A DNA stretch of 64,000 nucleotides from Octopus vulgaris. Its lineage: Eukaryota. Position 1 is the first letter of the stretch, and every line of letters begins with the position of its first letter. The translations under genes and the position numbers were made by a program. Positions 1-12,720 of the stretch are shown here, in pieces. The DNA lies in NCBI GenBank assembly GCA_951406725.2, contig OX597814.1:192820001-192884000 (forward strand), written 5' to 3'. Under the pieces are notes generated by a model that did not search any database, was not told where the DNA came from, and saw only the letters and a list, made by a program, of their open reading frames with translations.

Positions 1-39
1 TCTGATCCTCTTTCTGTTTAGTGATGATAAGGGTACTTG

Positions 40-322
40 ATGGAAATTGTAGTTGTGATACCTGTGCCGGTGGCACGTAAAAAGCACCAACCGATCGTGG
101 CCGCTGTCAGCCTCCCCTGGAATCTGTGCCGGTGGCACCTAAAAAGCACGCACTACACTCACGGAGTGGTTGGCGTTAGGAAGGGCATCAAGCTGTAGAA
201 ACACTGCCAGATCAAGACTGGAGCCTGGTGCAGCCTCCTGGCTTACCAGATCCCGGTCGAACCGTCCAACCCGTGCTAGCACGGAAAACGGATGTTAAAC
301 AATGATGATGATGATGATGATG
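40..322 (+). mobile_element. SINE family D (RTE-like tail, (GAT)n end), 5' truncated
   Basis: Homologous to 465-905 and 1248-1440 (minus); AAGGGTACT repeated on both flanks. Confidence 0.7.
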
Positions 323-324
323 AA

Positions 325-1165
325 GGGTACTGTTATGATAAGTGTACCACTATCACTTCTTACCCACACTCATTTCTAACTACATCCTAATTTGCACAAT
401 TCATTGCTTTGTAATCTGGATCCTCACATTGCAAACTTCTCTTTGCTTCTTTCCATAAAAGACACCATTCGAGTGTGATCATTGCCAGCGTTGCCTTACT
501 GGCACTTGTGCCCCGTGCTAGTAGGGTACTAAGAACACCATCCGAGCGTGATCGTTGCCAGAGCGGCAAACTGGCTTCCGTGCCGGTGGCATTTAGGAGG
601 CCCCATTCGAGCGGGATCTTTACCAGCATCGCCTTACTGGCACCTGTGCCATTGGCATGTGCAAAAAATTCGAGCGAGGTCGTTGCTAGTACCGCCTGAC
701 TGGTCCCCGTGCCAGTGGCACGTAAAAGCACCCACTACACTCTCGGAGTGGTTGGCGTTTGGAAGGGCATCCAGCTGTAGAAACTCTGCCAGATCAAGAC
801 TGGAGCCTGGTGCAGCCATCTGGTTCGCCAGCCCACAGTCAAACTGTCCAACCCATGCTAGCATGGAAAGTGGACATTAAACGATGATGATAATGATGAT
901 GATGATACTGCATATATACTTGATGTATAGCATCTCTTCTAGCCAATCTCTCCAGATGTGTCACTCAGCTTTTATGGCTCTATCTATGTTAGTTCACCAC
1001 CGTGTCACTTTCTCTTTGCTTAAAATCCTGCACCAGATACAGATTTGGTCCGTGAATCACAGTTAGTTGTCATCTATGTTACATGTATTTATCTCTACAT
1101 ACTCACCATATACATCATCCAATACTTCATGGAATTTATATGTGACTGAAGGATCTTTCAGGTTG
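325..1165 (-). pseudogene. Highly decayed RTE-like ORF2 fragments split by a SINE
   Basis: Patches LKDPSV, TRW*TNIDRAIKAE..WRDW and EAKRSLQ; many stops. Confidence 0.4.
465..905 (+). mobile_element. SINE family D with ~4 internal ~65-nt units
   Basis: Repeated CGAGCG..TCG.TGCCAG..CTGGC..GTGCCGGTGGCA units, then AGGAAGGGCATCCAGC-like block and (GAT)n. Confidence 0.7.
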
Positions 1166-1459
1166 TGGTGTGTGTTGGAACTGAACTCAAAACTATGTGG
1201 TGCAAAGTAAGCTTCTTAACCACACTTCCTTGCCTTCTCCTCCTTATCATCATCATCATCATCACCATTTAACGTCCGTTTTCCATGCTGGCATGGGTTG
1301 GACAGTTTGACCAGAGCTGGCAAGCTTGGAGAGCTGCAACAAACTCCTGTCTGATTTAGCATGGTTTCTATGGTTCACTGCTCTTCCTAACACCAACCAC
1401 TTGACAGAGAGTGTGCTGGGTAGCTTTTTACATGGCACTGACAGAAGACTCTTAGAGGA

Positions 1460-1690
1460 AGGCGGCGAGCTGGCAGAAACGTTAGCACGCCGGGCGAAAT
1501 GCGTAGCCGTATTTCGTCTGCCGTTACGTTCTGAGTTCAAATTCCGCCGAGGTTGACTTAGCCTTTTATCCTTTCGGGGTCGTTAATTAAGTACCTGAAA
1601 CGCACTGGAGTCGATGTAATCGACTTAATCCTTTTGTCTGTCCTTGTTTGTCCCATCTGTGTTTAACCCCTTGTGGATAATAAAGAAATA
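1460..1690 (+). mobile_element. tRNA-derived SINE family A (representative; others at ~9135, 10473, 10718, 30440, 32190, 33257-, 39818, 41765, 46990-, 47455-, 50630-, 56456, 56960-)
   Basis: GGCGAGCTGGCAGAAACGTTAG A-box, GAGTTCAAATTCC B-box, GCCTTTCATCCTTTCGGGGTCGATAAA domain; more than 12 dispersed copies. Confidence 0.9.
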
Positions 1691-1744
1691 AGAAGACTTT
1701 TACAGGCCAATTCTCTTCACTGGATTTACACTTCTGTTGTGGAG

Positions 1745-1912
1745 GGTGGGTCTTCATGAGTACAACAAGGCATCAGGCATCTCGGTCCGTTGTCTTCTTG
1801 TTTGAAAGTTTCAGTGCCCTGAAGTCATCCTTCAACACTTGGTCCCATATCTTCCTGGGTCTCCCTCTTCCACGTGTTCCATCCTCTTTGAGAGATCGAC
1901 ACTTCTTCATGT
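1745..1912 (-). pseudogene. RTE LINE C-terminal fragment
   Basis: Translates KKCRSLKEDGTRGRGRPRKIWDQVLKDD. Confidence 0.7.
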
Positions 1913-2445
1913 CGCCCCAATTTTAGGAGGACATTCGTGAACACTCTACCTGGGTTTTGTCAACTTATTTTTTTCCCCGAGGCACCCGTAGATACAGGTA
2001 AAAATCTATTTTCAGCCATAGCTTTTACCTATTTTGAAGGATGCTAACATGAGTTAAGTCCCTTCTAGCCGTAGCCAAGCGAAAGTGTGTGTGTGAGGGA
2101 GAGAGAAGTTGTGCGTTGATGTATGTGTATGTGTGTGTGTGTGTGAGGGAGAGAAAAAGTGTTTCGCAAAATATAAGATGTGATGGGGATGGATGCCATC
2201 CCCATCACATCTTATATTTTATTTATGCTGATTGCAATTTATATTATCTTTCTACTTCAGTAAGAATATATAGATTAAGATATAGCTGGATTCTGAAATG
2301 TTGCCATGCTCTGATTAATATATATATATATAAGTTTAATATCTATGAGAGTAAAAAAAACAACTTTTACTAAAGGGACAGTAAAAATTAGTCTTATTTA
2401 TCTAGAGCAGAACAAACATTCTTTTATCATTATATTATATGCATT

Positions 2446-2800
2446 GTGGAGGCGCAATGGCCCAGTAGTTAGGGTAGCGGGCTCGCGGTTTCGATTCCCA
2501 GACCGGTCGTTGTAAGTGTTTATTGAGCGAAAACACCTAAAGCTCCAGGATGCTCCGACATGGGGTGGTGGCGAACCTAGCTGTACTTTTTCACCACAAC
2601 TTTCTCTCACTCATTCTTCCTGTTTCTGTTGTACCTGTATTTCAAAGGGTCAGCCTCGTCACACTCTGTGTCACGCTGAATCTCCACCGAGAACTACGTT
2701 AAGAGTAACCACGTCTGTGGAGTGCTCAGCCACTTGCACGTTAATTTCACGAGTAGGCTGTTCCGTTGATCGGATCAACTGGAACTGACGGAGTGCCACG
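2446..2800 (+). mobile_element. tRNA-derived SINE family C, tail type i
   Basis: GTGGAGGCGCAATGGCCCAGT head; TSD ATATGCATT (2437-2445 / 2801-2809); homologue at 16078-16459 (minus). Confidence 0.85.
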
Positions 2801-3471
2801 ATATGCATTATGTATAGAAGACATCTGCTGTCCCTGTGGTCTCCTTATATAATACAACACGTTACGAAAATTGAGGGGAATGACAAATAAATTAATTAAT
2901 AAAAAAATTAATTAATTAATAAAAAAAAAAGAGAAAACTAATAATAAATGTCGGGCGTTGGTGGTTAACAAACTTGTTTCTCGACCATTTGGGTTTATGT
3001 TCTGTCCACTATGTGCATCTTGGCCAAGTGCCTTCTATTATAAGCTCTGAGCTGATCAAAGCCTTGCGAGTGGATTTGGTTCCGGAATGATTCTCCGTCA
3101 GTTACGACGACGAGTGTTCCAATTGATTCAATCAACCGAACACCCTGCTCGTGAATCTCTGGGAGATTCAGTGGCATAGAACATGACAAGACTGGCACTT
3201 TGAATTAAGAGGTACAACGCTTTTTTTTGCCACCTGAATGGATATGAGCAACGAAAAATACTGTCTTGCTCAAGGGTACGACACGCAGACAGGAATCGAA
3301 CTCGCGAACATACGATAGTGAGCTGAATACTCTAACCACTAAACCACGTTCCTTCACAAGTAGGTAGACAGAAACTGAACGATATCGAAATGAGGAGTTG
3401 ATAGACAGCCGACAATTGATGAAGAGTCCTTTCTGTATATTTACTTGTCCTGTTCTCTATTTATACATACA

Positions 3472-4615
3472 CTAGCAGCATAGCCCGGCTTGCCCGGGTA
3501 TGTAAGAGCCCCTAGTAGGCAACGACTAATCCCAATCTAGTCCTTTCCCTCTAGGGAACAAAGGCGCATGTGTAGGTTGCAATGTCTTCTCTTCACTCCC
3601 AAATAACTATCAAACAGCTATCGATAATTCAACCCAACCAATTCCTACCGGGAAGAAATTACATTCGAGACTTTACCCCCAACACCGCCACTTCTGCTAA
3701 TAGCTGCTGCGGCCGCAAGTTATTCGAATACTTTTTTTGTTTAAACTTTCTTTATAACTACCACCCCAAACGTTTTACCTTAAATTTTTGACGTACCCTA
3801 AGGGTCCTCGGACGCTACTTGCAAACTCTTGGTTTATTATAAACCGCTTTTGTCGTGTGCACCAAAAAACCTTTTCCATTCGTTTGTTCAGTTTGGTCAC
3901 TTTTGACTTTTTCGTTGTTGTCACCCACATTGCTGCCCGCTTTTTTGCTGTTTTTGTACATTTTTTAATACATTTTGGGATACTTACCCCACGTGTTCCG
4001 AGAGTTAAAAAGGTCGAGTTGCGTCCCCTAGACAGTCTGTGGTTTGTGTTTAATACACAAATCGGTTTGCTATGTGTGCCACATATGATTTAATTAACCG
4101 ATTTTTTCCAGTAATAAAGTATCCTATTGGAATAAAAAGGGCCATATAGCTCCTTGGAGCAGACATGATGCTCGCTGTGAATTAAAAAAAAAAATTCCTG
4201 CCAATTTGTGAAAGATATTGTCGAAAATATGTCATCTTGAATTTGAACGCGATTTCCCAAAATGGCATGGTTTTATCGATTTTTTCTGATGGTAAGGTAT
4301 TGCATGGAAAACTAACGTCAGAATTAAGTTTCTTAGGGTAACATCAAGCTTCACCAAGAGTTTGGTGAAAATCGATTGCAAGTTGCGAAAACTACAACAG
4401 AAAATGTGTTGCATATAAAAAGCTTAGATTCACGACCCCATGTCGAATTTATCGATTTTTTTCAGAACTGGGGGAACTTTTCAAAATTTTCGCTGCGTTA
4501 GTTTTGAATTATGACATTGGGCTATGTGTGTGTCAAGTTTCATCAGAATCGGTTGAAAGCCGTGGTCAGGGTGAGGGTACAACCTGACAGACAAACTGCC
4601 GTTTATATAGAGAGA
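3472..4615 (-). mobile_element. Non-autonomous Helitron (1.1 kb)
   Basis: Minus strand begins A|TCTCTCTATATAAA and ends with hairpin CCCGG-GCAAG-CCGGG then CTAG|T; no TSD. Confidence 0.8.
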
Positions 4616-4799
4616 TATACAGGTATGTCATATTTTCCGTTTGTTGTCTTTTTATATAATCCTAAAAAACAATATGTATATATATATAGGTACATAGAAA
4701 AACACACTCATGCACACACATCTGTATATATGTAACATCCTTGACCAGGGCAGTCTTGGTAATGTTTTTATCAACCTCGGAAGGATGGAATGCACAGTC

Positions 4800-5545
4800 G
4801 ACTTCTTCTTAATCTTTTTTGCCCCTTGTGGAGCATTGGGCCTCAACAGTTGTTTTCCACTATTTGCGGTCATTGGCGTGTTTCTTGGCTGCTGCCCATG
4901 TCAGGCCGGTGGTCCTGAGCTCGTCCAAAATGCTCCGCTTCCATGTCTGCTTCGGGCGTCCTTGCTTCCTTTTTCCCTGCGGATTCCAGTCAAGTGCTTG
5001 TCGTGTCACATTTGAGGGTTCTTTCCGCAGTGTGTGTCCGATCCACCTCCATTTCCTTCGTCTAATCTGAACATGTATGGGCTCTTGTTTGGCCCTTTCC
5101 CACAGGTCGGTGTTTGGCCCTCTGTCGAACCACTTCAGATGGAGGATCTGCCGGAGACACTTGTTGATGAAAGTCTGGATCTTCTTGTAGTTGCTGCAGG
5201 TGGCTCGCCATGTTTCAGAGCCATACAAAAGCACAGATTTTACGTTTGAACTAAATAACCAGAGTTTAGTTCGAGTTGAGATGGTAGTGGACTTCCATAC
5301 CGGCCGAAGAATAGCGAAGGCTTGCCAAGCCTTCTTGCTTGCCGTGATGTCCTCGTCTGATCCACCTGATTTGCTGATCTTGCTGCCAAGATAGTCAAAC
5401 TCACTAACGTCCCCCTCAGTGCCCCCACGATTGTAATTGGCTCTTCCTGCTTGTTGTTGATATGCAGCACTGAACTCTGAACATCAACAAAGACATAAAC
5501 ATCACATGCATTTTGCTTGATGCTCAACCGCTTCTGCCACCCACT
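4800..5545 (-). pseudogene. RTE-clade LINE 3' fragment
   Basis: YLGSKI, LLYGSETW, RRKWRWIGHTLR, GKRKQGRPKQTW; typical RTE ORF2 C-terminus. Confidence 0.9.
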
Positions 5546-6394
5546 GTCCTAACTATGGTTAATAATAGTTCATTGGCATATCAGAGAAAAATGGAAATTT
5601 GAAGACCACCAGGCTTCAGTTACTTATTAACAAGACAGTACTCTTGTTTATTTTCTTGGCAAATACATAAGATATATATTTCCGAGTCGATGAGTATGAA
5701 AACTATGGGGGGAAAAAAAAGCTCCAGCAAAAGCAAATGAATAAAAAAAAGAAGAAAAATCGAGCGATTTTAGATACAAACTTTCTCGTTACTTCCTGAA
5801 AAATACCTATTTCAAAAATATAACAGACTGTTTAAGTCGCTTTAGAATCACTTTCAGATAATCATATTGTCAAACAATGCTAAAGAAAATGATTTAAACA
5901 AGTAACTGAAATATGTATTAAAAATGTTATTTAGAATAATGTGTTTCATGGCACACTTCTCTTTAGATTTAACACTGATATGACTAAACTATAAAAATGT
6001 AAGATGTACAACAATAAATCTTTTTTATTTATATAAGATATACTAGCTGTTATTTGCTGGATACTTGTAGCAACTCAGTAATATAATCTCGTACAACTTA
6101 TTAACGGATCGTAACGAGCAACCTAGAATATAATTTTCCTACTACAGTCGAGTATTGTTCACGTTTTGGAAAACGTGATAACTGGTTTACACCTTTATGG
6201 AATAAACTGGTTTTCATAAGCATACTGATTAATTGTAGAAGAAAGCATTCGATAACTACAGAACTAGGTGTATGAAGCGATAGCTGACCACATTAGCAGT
6301 AAAACATGTCGTTTTTTAACTTCAGCTAATTGAAACGAGTAATAAAGGATTGGCAGAAATAGATCTTGCTTTGTAATAATGTCGATAGGTTTTT

Positions 6395-6813
6395 GGATCT
6401 TTTCGGTTTGAACGGCAGTTTTTTCTAGTGGTGTCATGAAATTGTCACCCATAATTATGACCCTAGTATCGATCTATTGCATTTCAATCTGTTTTAGGGT
6501 TAGGGTAATGTGTGGGGGGAAGGGTATCTTTTTTTCTTCACAAATATAAATAAACCCAATCTGTTTCTTAAACGAGGGACATATTCATACGGCACAGAAT
6601 GTTTTTTTTTACTTCAATGGACGTCATTGATTGGTTGAAATTGCAGAAATTGAAGAAAAAAAAACAACAAATATCTTACAAACTATAGAATTTTCTCAAT
6701 AAAGCCAAGAGAAAAAGATGTTTTATAAACACATTCTACCAGTATACAAAATTTAAAAGTGTTTAGTTACCTAGAAATTATGTTAAAAACTGCCGTTCAA
6801 ACCGAAAAGATCC
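6395..6813. mobile_element. Non-autonomous TIR transposon (MITE), copy 1
   Basis: TIR GGATCTTTTCGGTTTGAACGGCAGTTTTT / AAAAACTGCCGTTCAAACCGAAAAGATCC; internal TTAGGG repeats. Confidence 0.9.
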
Positions 6814-6988
6814 GCATACTGATTAATTGTAGAAGAAAGCATTCGATAACTACAGAACTAGGTGTATGAAGCGATAGCTGACCACATTAGCAGTTAATCA
6901 TGTCGTTTTTTAACTTCAGCTAATTGAAACGAGTAATAAAGGATTGGCAGAAATAGATCTTGCTTTGTAATAATGTCGATAGGTTTTT

Positions 6989-7411
6989 GGATCTTTTCGG
7001 TTTGAACGGCAGTTTTTTCTAGTGGTGTCATATGAAATTGTCACCCATAATTATGACCCTAGTATCGATCTATTGCATTTCAATCTGTTTTAGGGTTAGG
7101 GTAAGGTGTGGGGAGAAGGGTATCTTTTTTTTCTTCACAAATATAAATAAGCCCAATCTGTTTCTTAAACGAGGGACATATTCATACGGCACAGAATGTT
7201 TTTTTTACCTCAATGGGCGTCATTGATTGGTTGAAATTGCAGAAATTGAAGAAGAAAAAAAACAACAAATATCTTACAAACTATAGAATTTTCTCAATAA
7301 AGCCAAGAGAAAAAGATGTTTTATAAATACATTCTACCAGTATACGAAATTTAAAAGTGTTTAGTTACCTAGAAATTATGTTAAAAACTGGCGTTCAAAC
7401 CGAAAAGATCC
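6989..7411. mobile_element. Same MITE, copy 2
   Basis: Same TIRs (one mismatch); part of an A-M-A-M-A array. Confidence 0.9.
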
Positions 7412-8543
7412 GCATACTGATTAATTGTAGAAGAAAGCATTCGATAACTACAGAACTAGGTGTATGAAGCGAAAGCTGACCACATTAGCAGTTAATCATG
7501 TCGTTTTTTAACTTCAGCTAATTGAAACGAGTAATAAATGATTGGCAGAAATAGATCTTGCTTTGTAATAATGTCGATAGGTTTTTAATCGATACCTATA
7601 TCATCACTCTGTCGCAAAGATCCAAATATCTTCAATTATAAACCTTTAGAGACAGTAGTTATGACAAATGTTACAACAAACAACATGAATAATATAACAT
7701 AACAGATTCATGACCAAATAAATCAAACAATTCGGTAGCCTTAGATGATGCAACTTAGATTTCTAAATCTTTGTTATTAGATCGTATTGAAGATAGGAAA
7801 TATGTTGATTTACAATACAATTTCATGTTTATTAACTGCTCCCGATATTATTCCTGTATGATTTCAATTGTAATTCGCTGCCGCTTGTACGGTAAAAATT
7901 GGTGAAGTATTCCAATATGTTATGGCGATACATTATTTGGTCATATATTTTTTTATTACTTTCTGATTGCACCCCGTTCTAAGACTCATTGATGGATTGA
8001 TATTGTCCGTTTCGAAGCTAATCAGTGGATTGTATTGTGTAGCTACTTTCCTTCTAATCATTTCACCAAACAGCGCTAACAGATTATGTAATAAAGTAGC
8101 TAACAATATGCAAATACAAAGCAAAAAAAAAAAAGGTTATTTAGAATATCGGAGGTGTTTCTCCATTTAATAAGAAATACGGGAAAGGAGTTTCACATGC
8201 AGCCTAAGTAACCATGTTTTGTTTTGCTGGTTACTTTATTAACTGCCAGTTTGAGGAAATAAAACACTGCCTGTTGCCCTTTCAGATACTTTAACATTAA
8301 AGGATAGTAATAACGGGGTACATTTGATGTTGTTAGCTGTTAGATTCAATTTTTAATGTTTCATTAATAAGCGGGCAATAAGATTGGCAGAATATGCAGA
8401 GCAGCGAACAAAATGTCATGCGATATTTATGTTGCATGCTTTCAAGTTTTGAGTTCAAATCCTCCCGTCGAGGTTAGCTTTGTCATTCTTTCATCACTCC
8501 AAGGGCGATAGAATAAAGTGCTAATGAAATAATTGCATTTGTT

Positions 8544-8981
8544 GGATCTTTTCGGTTTGAACGGCAGTTTTTAAAAATAATTTCCACGTAACTAAACACC
8601 TTTAAACTTCGTATACTGGTAGAACGTGTTTATAAAACATCTTTTTCTCTTAGCTTTATTGAGAAAATTCTATAGTTTGTAAGATATTTGTTGTTTTTTT
8701 TCTTCAATTTCTGCAATTTCAACCAATCAATGACGTCTATTGAGGTAAAAAAACATTCTGTGCCGTATGAATATGTCCCTCGTTTAAGAAACAGATTGGA
8801 TTTATTTACATTTTTGAAGAAAAAAAGATACCCTTCTCCCACCCCTAACTAACTCTAACTAACCCTAATCCTAATCCTAAAAGAGATTGAAATGCAATAG
8901 ATCGATACTAGGGTCATAATTATGGGTGACAATTTCATATGACACCGCTAGAAAAAACTGCCGTTCAAACCGAAAAGATCC
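8544..8981. mobile_element. Same MITE, copy 3 (opposite orientation)
   Basis: Same TIRs; 30-bp direct repeat at 8514-8543 and 8982-9011. Confidence 0.9.
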
Positions 8982-9575
8982 TAAAGTGCTAATGAAATAA
9001 TTGCATTTGTTTCTTATTTGCAAATTTCTGGCTCCAAATAAAACAAGGATGAAAAAAGAAAGTGGGGTTGAAAAAGAAAATAGTTCAGTTGTGAGGATGA
9101 AAGGTAGAAGAAGGGAAGTAATAAAGCTCTAAGAGCGCCGACTGCCGCTACGTTCTGAGTTCAAATTCCGCCGAGGTCGACTTCGCCTTTCATCCTTTCG
9201 AGGTCGAATAAAAAAGTACCAGTTACGCACTGGGGTCGATATAATCAACTTGATCCGTTTGTCTGTTCTTGTTTAGCCCCTTGTGGGTAGTAAAAAAATA
9301 GATAATTAAGCTGACTGAAGCGGGAGAGCCGAAGCCATGTTGACTAACTTACATTGTTCAATTATAGAGAATGTGTTTTAAAAGATGCAGGTTTAACTTA
9401 GCTGACCTACTCTCTTGCAAGCACCCGGACTTGACATCTGGTCTAAGGATACGTTCCCCGCCTTATAGCTGCCTGTGTGTAGGTTCAAAGGTGAGGACTT
9501 TCAGTAGCATCTTCTATCAGTCTCTGTCGCTTCTTTATTTTGTAGCCACTGGACTAATGAAGAAAGTGTGATGGT

Positions 9576-9786
9576 ACGGTTTTCGATTTGAACGGCAGTA
9601 TTTAACATAATTTCTAGGTAACTAAAAAATTTTAAACTTCGTATACTAGTAGAATGTGTTTATAAAACATCTTTTTCTCTTGGCTTTATTGAGAAAATTA
9701 GTTTGTAAGATATTTGTTGTTTTTTTTCTTCAATTTCTGCAATTTCAACCAATCAATGACGTGTATTGAGGTAAAAAACATTCTGT
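9576..9786. mobile_element. Same MITE, one-ended fragment
   Basis: Decayed TIR plus internal sequence matching 8550-8760. Confidence 0.7.
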
Positions 9787-9981
9787 CCCTCCACCTCCAT
9801 CTCCGGCTGCTCACCCCACCACTTTTTTCTGTTTCGTTTTTTCTTTCCTTATAATTATATTGTGATAAACAAAAGTAATTGCTCTCTCGTATGTGTATAT
9901 GTAAGTGTGTCATAGAATAGAATCAAAACCATAAAAAGTGACGTAAGCAGTGTTTCTGTTACTGTTATTCCCATTCACACT

Positions 9982-10323
9982 TAAGGGTAAAGACTCCCTT
10001 CGGTCATGAATGACCATGGGATTGCACCTAGAAAGTTACCCTCCTAGACACAAGTCCGGGCAAGGTTGCTTTATGGAAGACCAGCAGTCGCCCATGCATA
10101 CCAGCCTCCCCTCTCCATGCCACTAACGTTGTCCAATGGAAGGGCAAAGACAGATATGACTTGGCACCAGTGACATCGCAACTCATTTCTACAGCTGAGT
10201 GAACTGGAGCAACGTGAAATAAAGTGCCTTGCTCAAAAGCACAACACGCAGCCCGGTCCGGGATTCGAGCTCACAACCTCACGATCGTCAGCTCGACGCT
10301 CTAACCACTGAGCCATGCGCCTT
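9982..10323 (-). mobile_element. CORE-like SINE family E (also 3092-3357 and 38757-39001, minus)
   Basis: tRNA head TGGCTCAGTGGTTAGAGCG...TCGAATCCC, then TTGAGCAAGGCACTTTATTTCAC; TSD TTCCCATTCACACT. Confidence 0.8.
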
Positions 10324-11159
10324 CCCATTCACACTACGATTTTTATATTCACACTGAAACAAACTCCCCTCCTACCTATTTCTAAATTCTTTTTTTCCTT
10401 CTTTGTTTCCTTCATTCTCGCTAAATCAGTGTACTGGAGAACTTTAGCTTCGCATTTCTTATTTTACGCGTAAGGCGGCGAGCTGGCAGAACCGTTAGCA
10501 CGCCGGGCGAAATGCGTAACCGTATTTCGTCTGCCGTTACATTCTGAGTTCAAACTCTGCCGAGGTCGACTTTGCCTTACATCCTTTCCGGGTCGATAAA
10601 TTAAATACCAGTTACGCACTGGGGTCGATGTAATCGACTTAATCCGTTTGTCTGTCCTTGTTTGTCCCCTCTGTGTTTAGCCCCTTGTGGGTAGTAAAGA
10701 AATAAATTCTATTTTGAAGGCGGCGAGCTGGCAGAAACGTTAGTGCGCCGGGCGAAATGCTTAGCGGTATTTCGTCTGCCGTTACGTTGTGAGTTCAAAT
10801 TCCGCCGAGGTCGACTTTGCCTTTCATCCTTTCCGGGTCGATAAATTAAGTACCATTTACGCACTGGGTTCGATGCAATCGACTTAATCCCTTTGTCTGT
10901 CTTTGTTTGTCCCCTCTAAGTTTAGCCCCTTGTGGGTAATAAAAAACACATAAATGTCGTATGTATCGTTAAGAGGGCCTAGTTAAAAAAATGCGTCGAA
11001 TAGTTTTCTTTATCGACAATGAAGAAGAAGATAACGAAGAAGAAAATTCAGCTTCAGAACCAGGGATTGCATATAAAACAACAAACTACGGGAATCTTTT
11101 GAAACAGCTAAGAAAATTCCATGAAAAGAAGTAACCGACACCTTCTTGCAGAACATGGC

Positions 11160-11440
11160 GGATCTTTTCGCTTTGAACGGCAGATTTTTAAAATAATTTC
11201 TTTGTAACTAAACACTTTTAAACTTCGTATACTGGTAGAATGTGTTTATAAAACATCTTTTTCTCTTGGGCTTCTTGAGAAAATGCTGTAGTTTGTAAGC
11301 TATTTGTTCTTTAATTTCTTAATTTTTGGCAATTTCAACCAATCAATGTCGTCTATGGAGGTGAAAACAATACCTGCCGAAGTCTGTCAACAACAATTTT
11401 TTGCGGTGTCATATGAAAATGTCTCTGCTATTTATGACAT
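11160..11440. mobile_element. Related MITE subfamily, partial
   Basis: Starts GGATCTTTTCGCTTTGAACGGCAG; internal similarity to copy 3; second TIR not found. Confidence 0.6.
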
Positions 11441-11654
11441 ATTTCATATCAGTTACGTTATATTAGGATATAAAGGATATCCAAGAATCAAAGAATATAT
11501 TAATCAAGGTAGACAAAAGTATAGAACACAGGTAAAGTGAAGTATAACACCTACAATAACCAACGAACAAACAACTTTACGAATAATTATAAAATAACGC
11601 CAATAATACATTAAATTCTGTAAATAGCAAAACTTTATATAGAAGACAAAGTAA

Positions 11655-11687
<33 letters not shown>

Positions 11688-11771
11688 GCCTTGTGAGTGG
11701 ATTTGGTAGACGGAAACTGAAAGAAGCCTGTCGTATATATGTACACACACACACACACATATATATATATA

Positions 11772-11948
11772 AAGTTAATCCAATCATGAAAACACAAAGA
11801 GAAAACACAACAATGCGAGGATGTGGAACAAGTATAGTGTTATTGGACGCTCCGGAAAGAAGGACAGAAGGAGGGTTTAACGTTTCGAGCGGAGCTCTTC
11901 GTCGGAAACATAGGAAAAGGAAAGATCCAAAGAAGGGGAGACGGAGAA
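11772..11948 (-). mobile_element. PLE pLTR fragment (family ending GGATTAAC-(TA)n) nested in the internal microsatellite of a SINE
   Basis: Homologous to 25300-25475 and 60600-60750; flanked by (TA)n; contains an HHR. Confidence 0.7.
11875..11909 (-). ncRNA. Minimal hammerhead variant (CCGACGA core)
   Basis: GTTT CCGACGA A GAGC-TCC-GCTC GAAA CG TT AAAC; stem III palindrome AACGTT. Confidence 0.7.
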
Positions 11949-11952
11949 TATA

Positions 11953-12005
<53 letters not shown>

Positions 12006-12420
12006 GTGTGTGTGAGTATATGTATGCGTGTGTATATGTTTGTGTGTCTGTGTTTGTCCCCCAACACCGCTTGACAACCGATGCTAGTGTGTTTACGTCC
12101 CCCGTCACTTAGCGGTTCGGCAAAAGAGACCGATAGAATAAGTACTAGGCTTACAAAGAATAAGCCATGGGGGGTGGGGGTGTCGATTTCTTCAACTAAA
12201 GGCGGTGCTCCAGCATGGCCGCAGTCAAATGACTGAAACAAGTAAAAGAGTAAAGAGTAAAAAGAGAGTAAAGAACACTAAAAAAGAAAAAAAAAAAAGA
12301 AACAAAAAAAACTAGCGTACATTACTGCCAAAGACTAAAATTACAATTTCATGAAAATTCCTGCCACCAAACCGACTGAAATAGAACGGGGAAGAATGAG
12401 TAAAAAGTTTCTTGATAAAA

Positions 12421-12720
12421 TCTTTATATATAAAAGTGAAGTTGTGTGTCTGTCTCCTACGATTTAGATTCCTAACTACTCCCACATTTTGCGGTGCAGT
12501 TTAACCAAAACCGGGTATCTTATAGTCGTGATTCATATCGAGCCCTTCTGGGTATTAGCGCGCGTCTACGATGAGTCTACGATTTAAAAAAAAATTTACC
12601 ATAATTTTTCCGCATTTTTAATGCATTTTCGCTCGGTTTATATAAGGGAGGTAACTCTCTATAAATGCTTATATAGTTATTTCCCTTACAAACCCGAGCA
12701 ACGCCGGGCGATACTGCTAG
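12421..12720 (+). mobile_element. Non-autonomous Helitron (300 bp family)
   Basis: A|TCTTTATATATAAAAG ... CCCGAGCAACGCCGGG CGATACTG CTAG|T. Confidence 0.9.

Noticed and set aside
2446-2530. tRNA genes at SINE heads
   Set aside because: A/B boxes are present but run into SINE bodies with TSDs; no complete cloverleaf or terminator.
6220-7586. Repeat-spacer-like array suggesting CRISPR or an LTR element
   Set aside because: The 'spacers' are the same MITE and the repeats are 175 bp; no cas genes, TG...CA termini, PBS or PPT.
8845-8880. True telomere or chromosome fusion site
   Set aside because: The repeats are few, degenerate and internal to a dispersed MITE.
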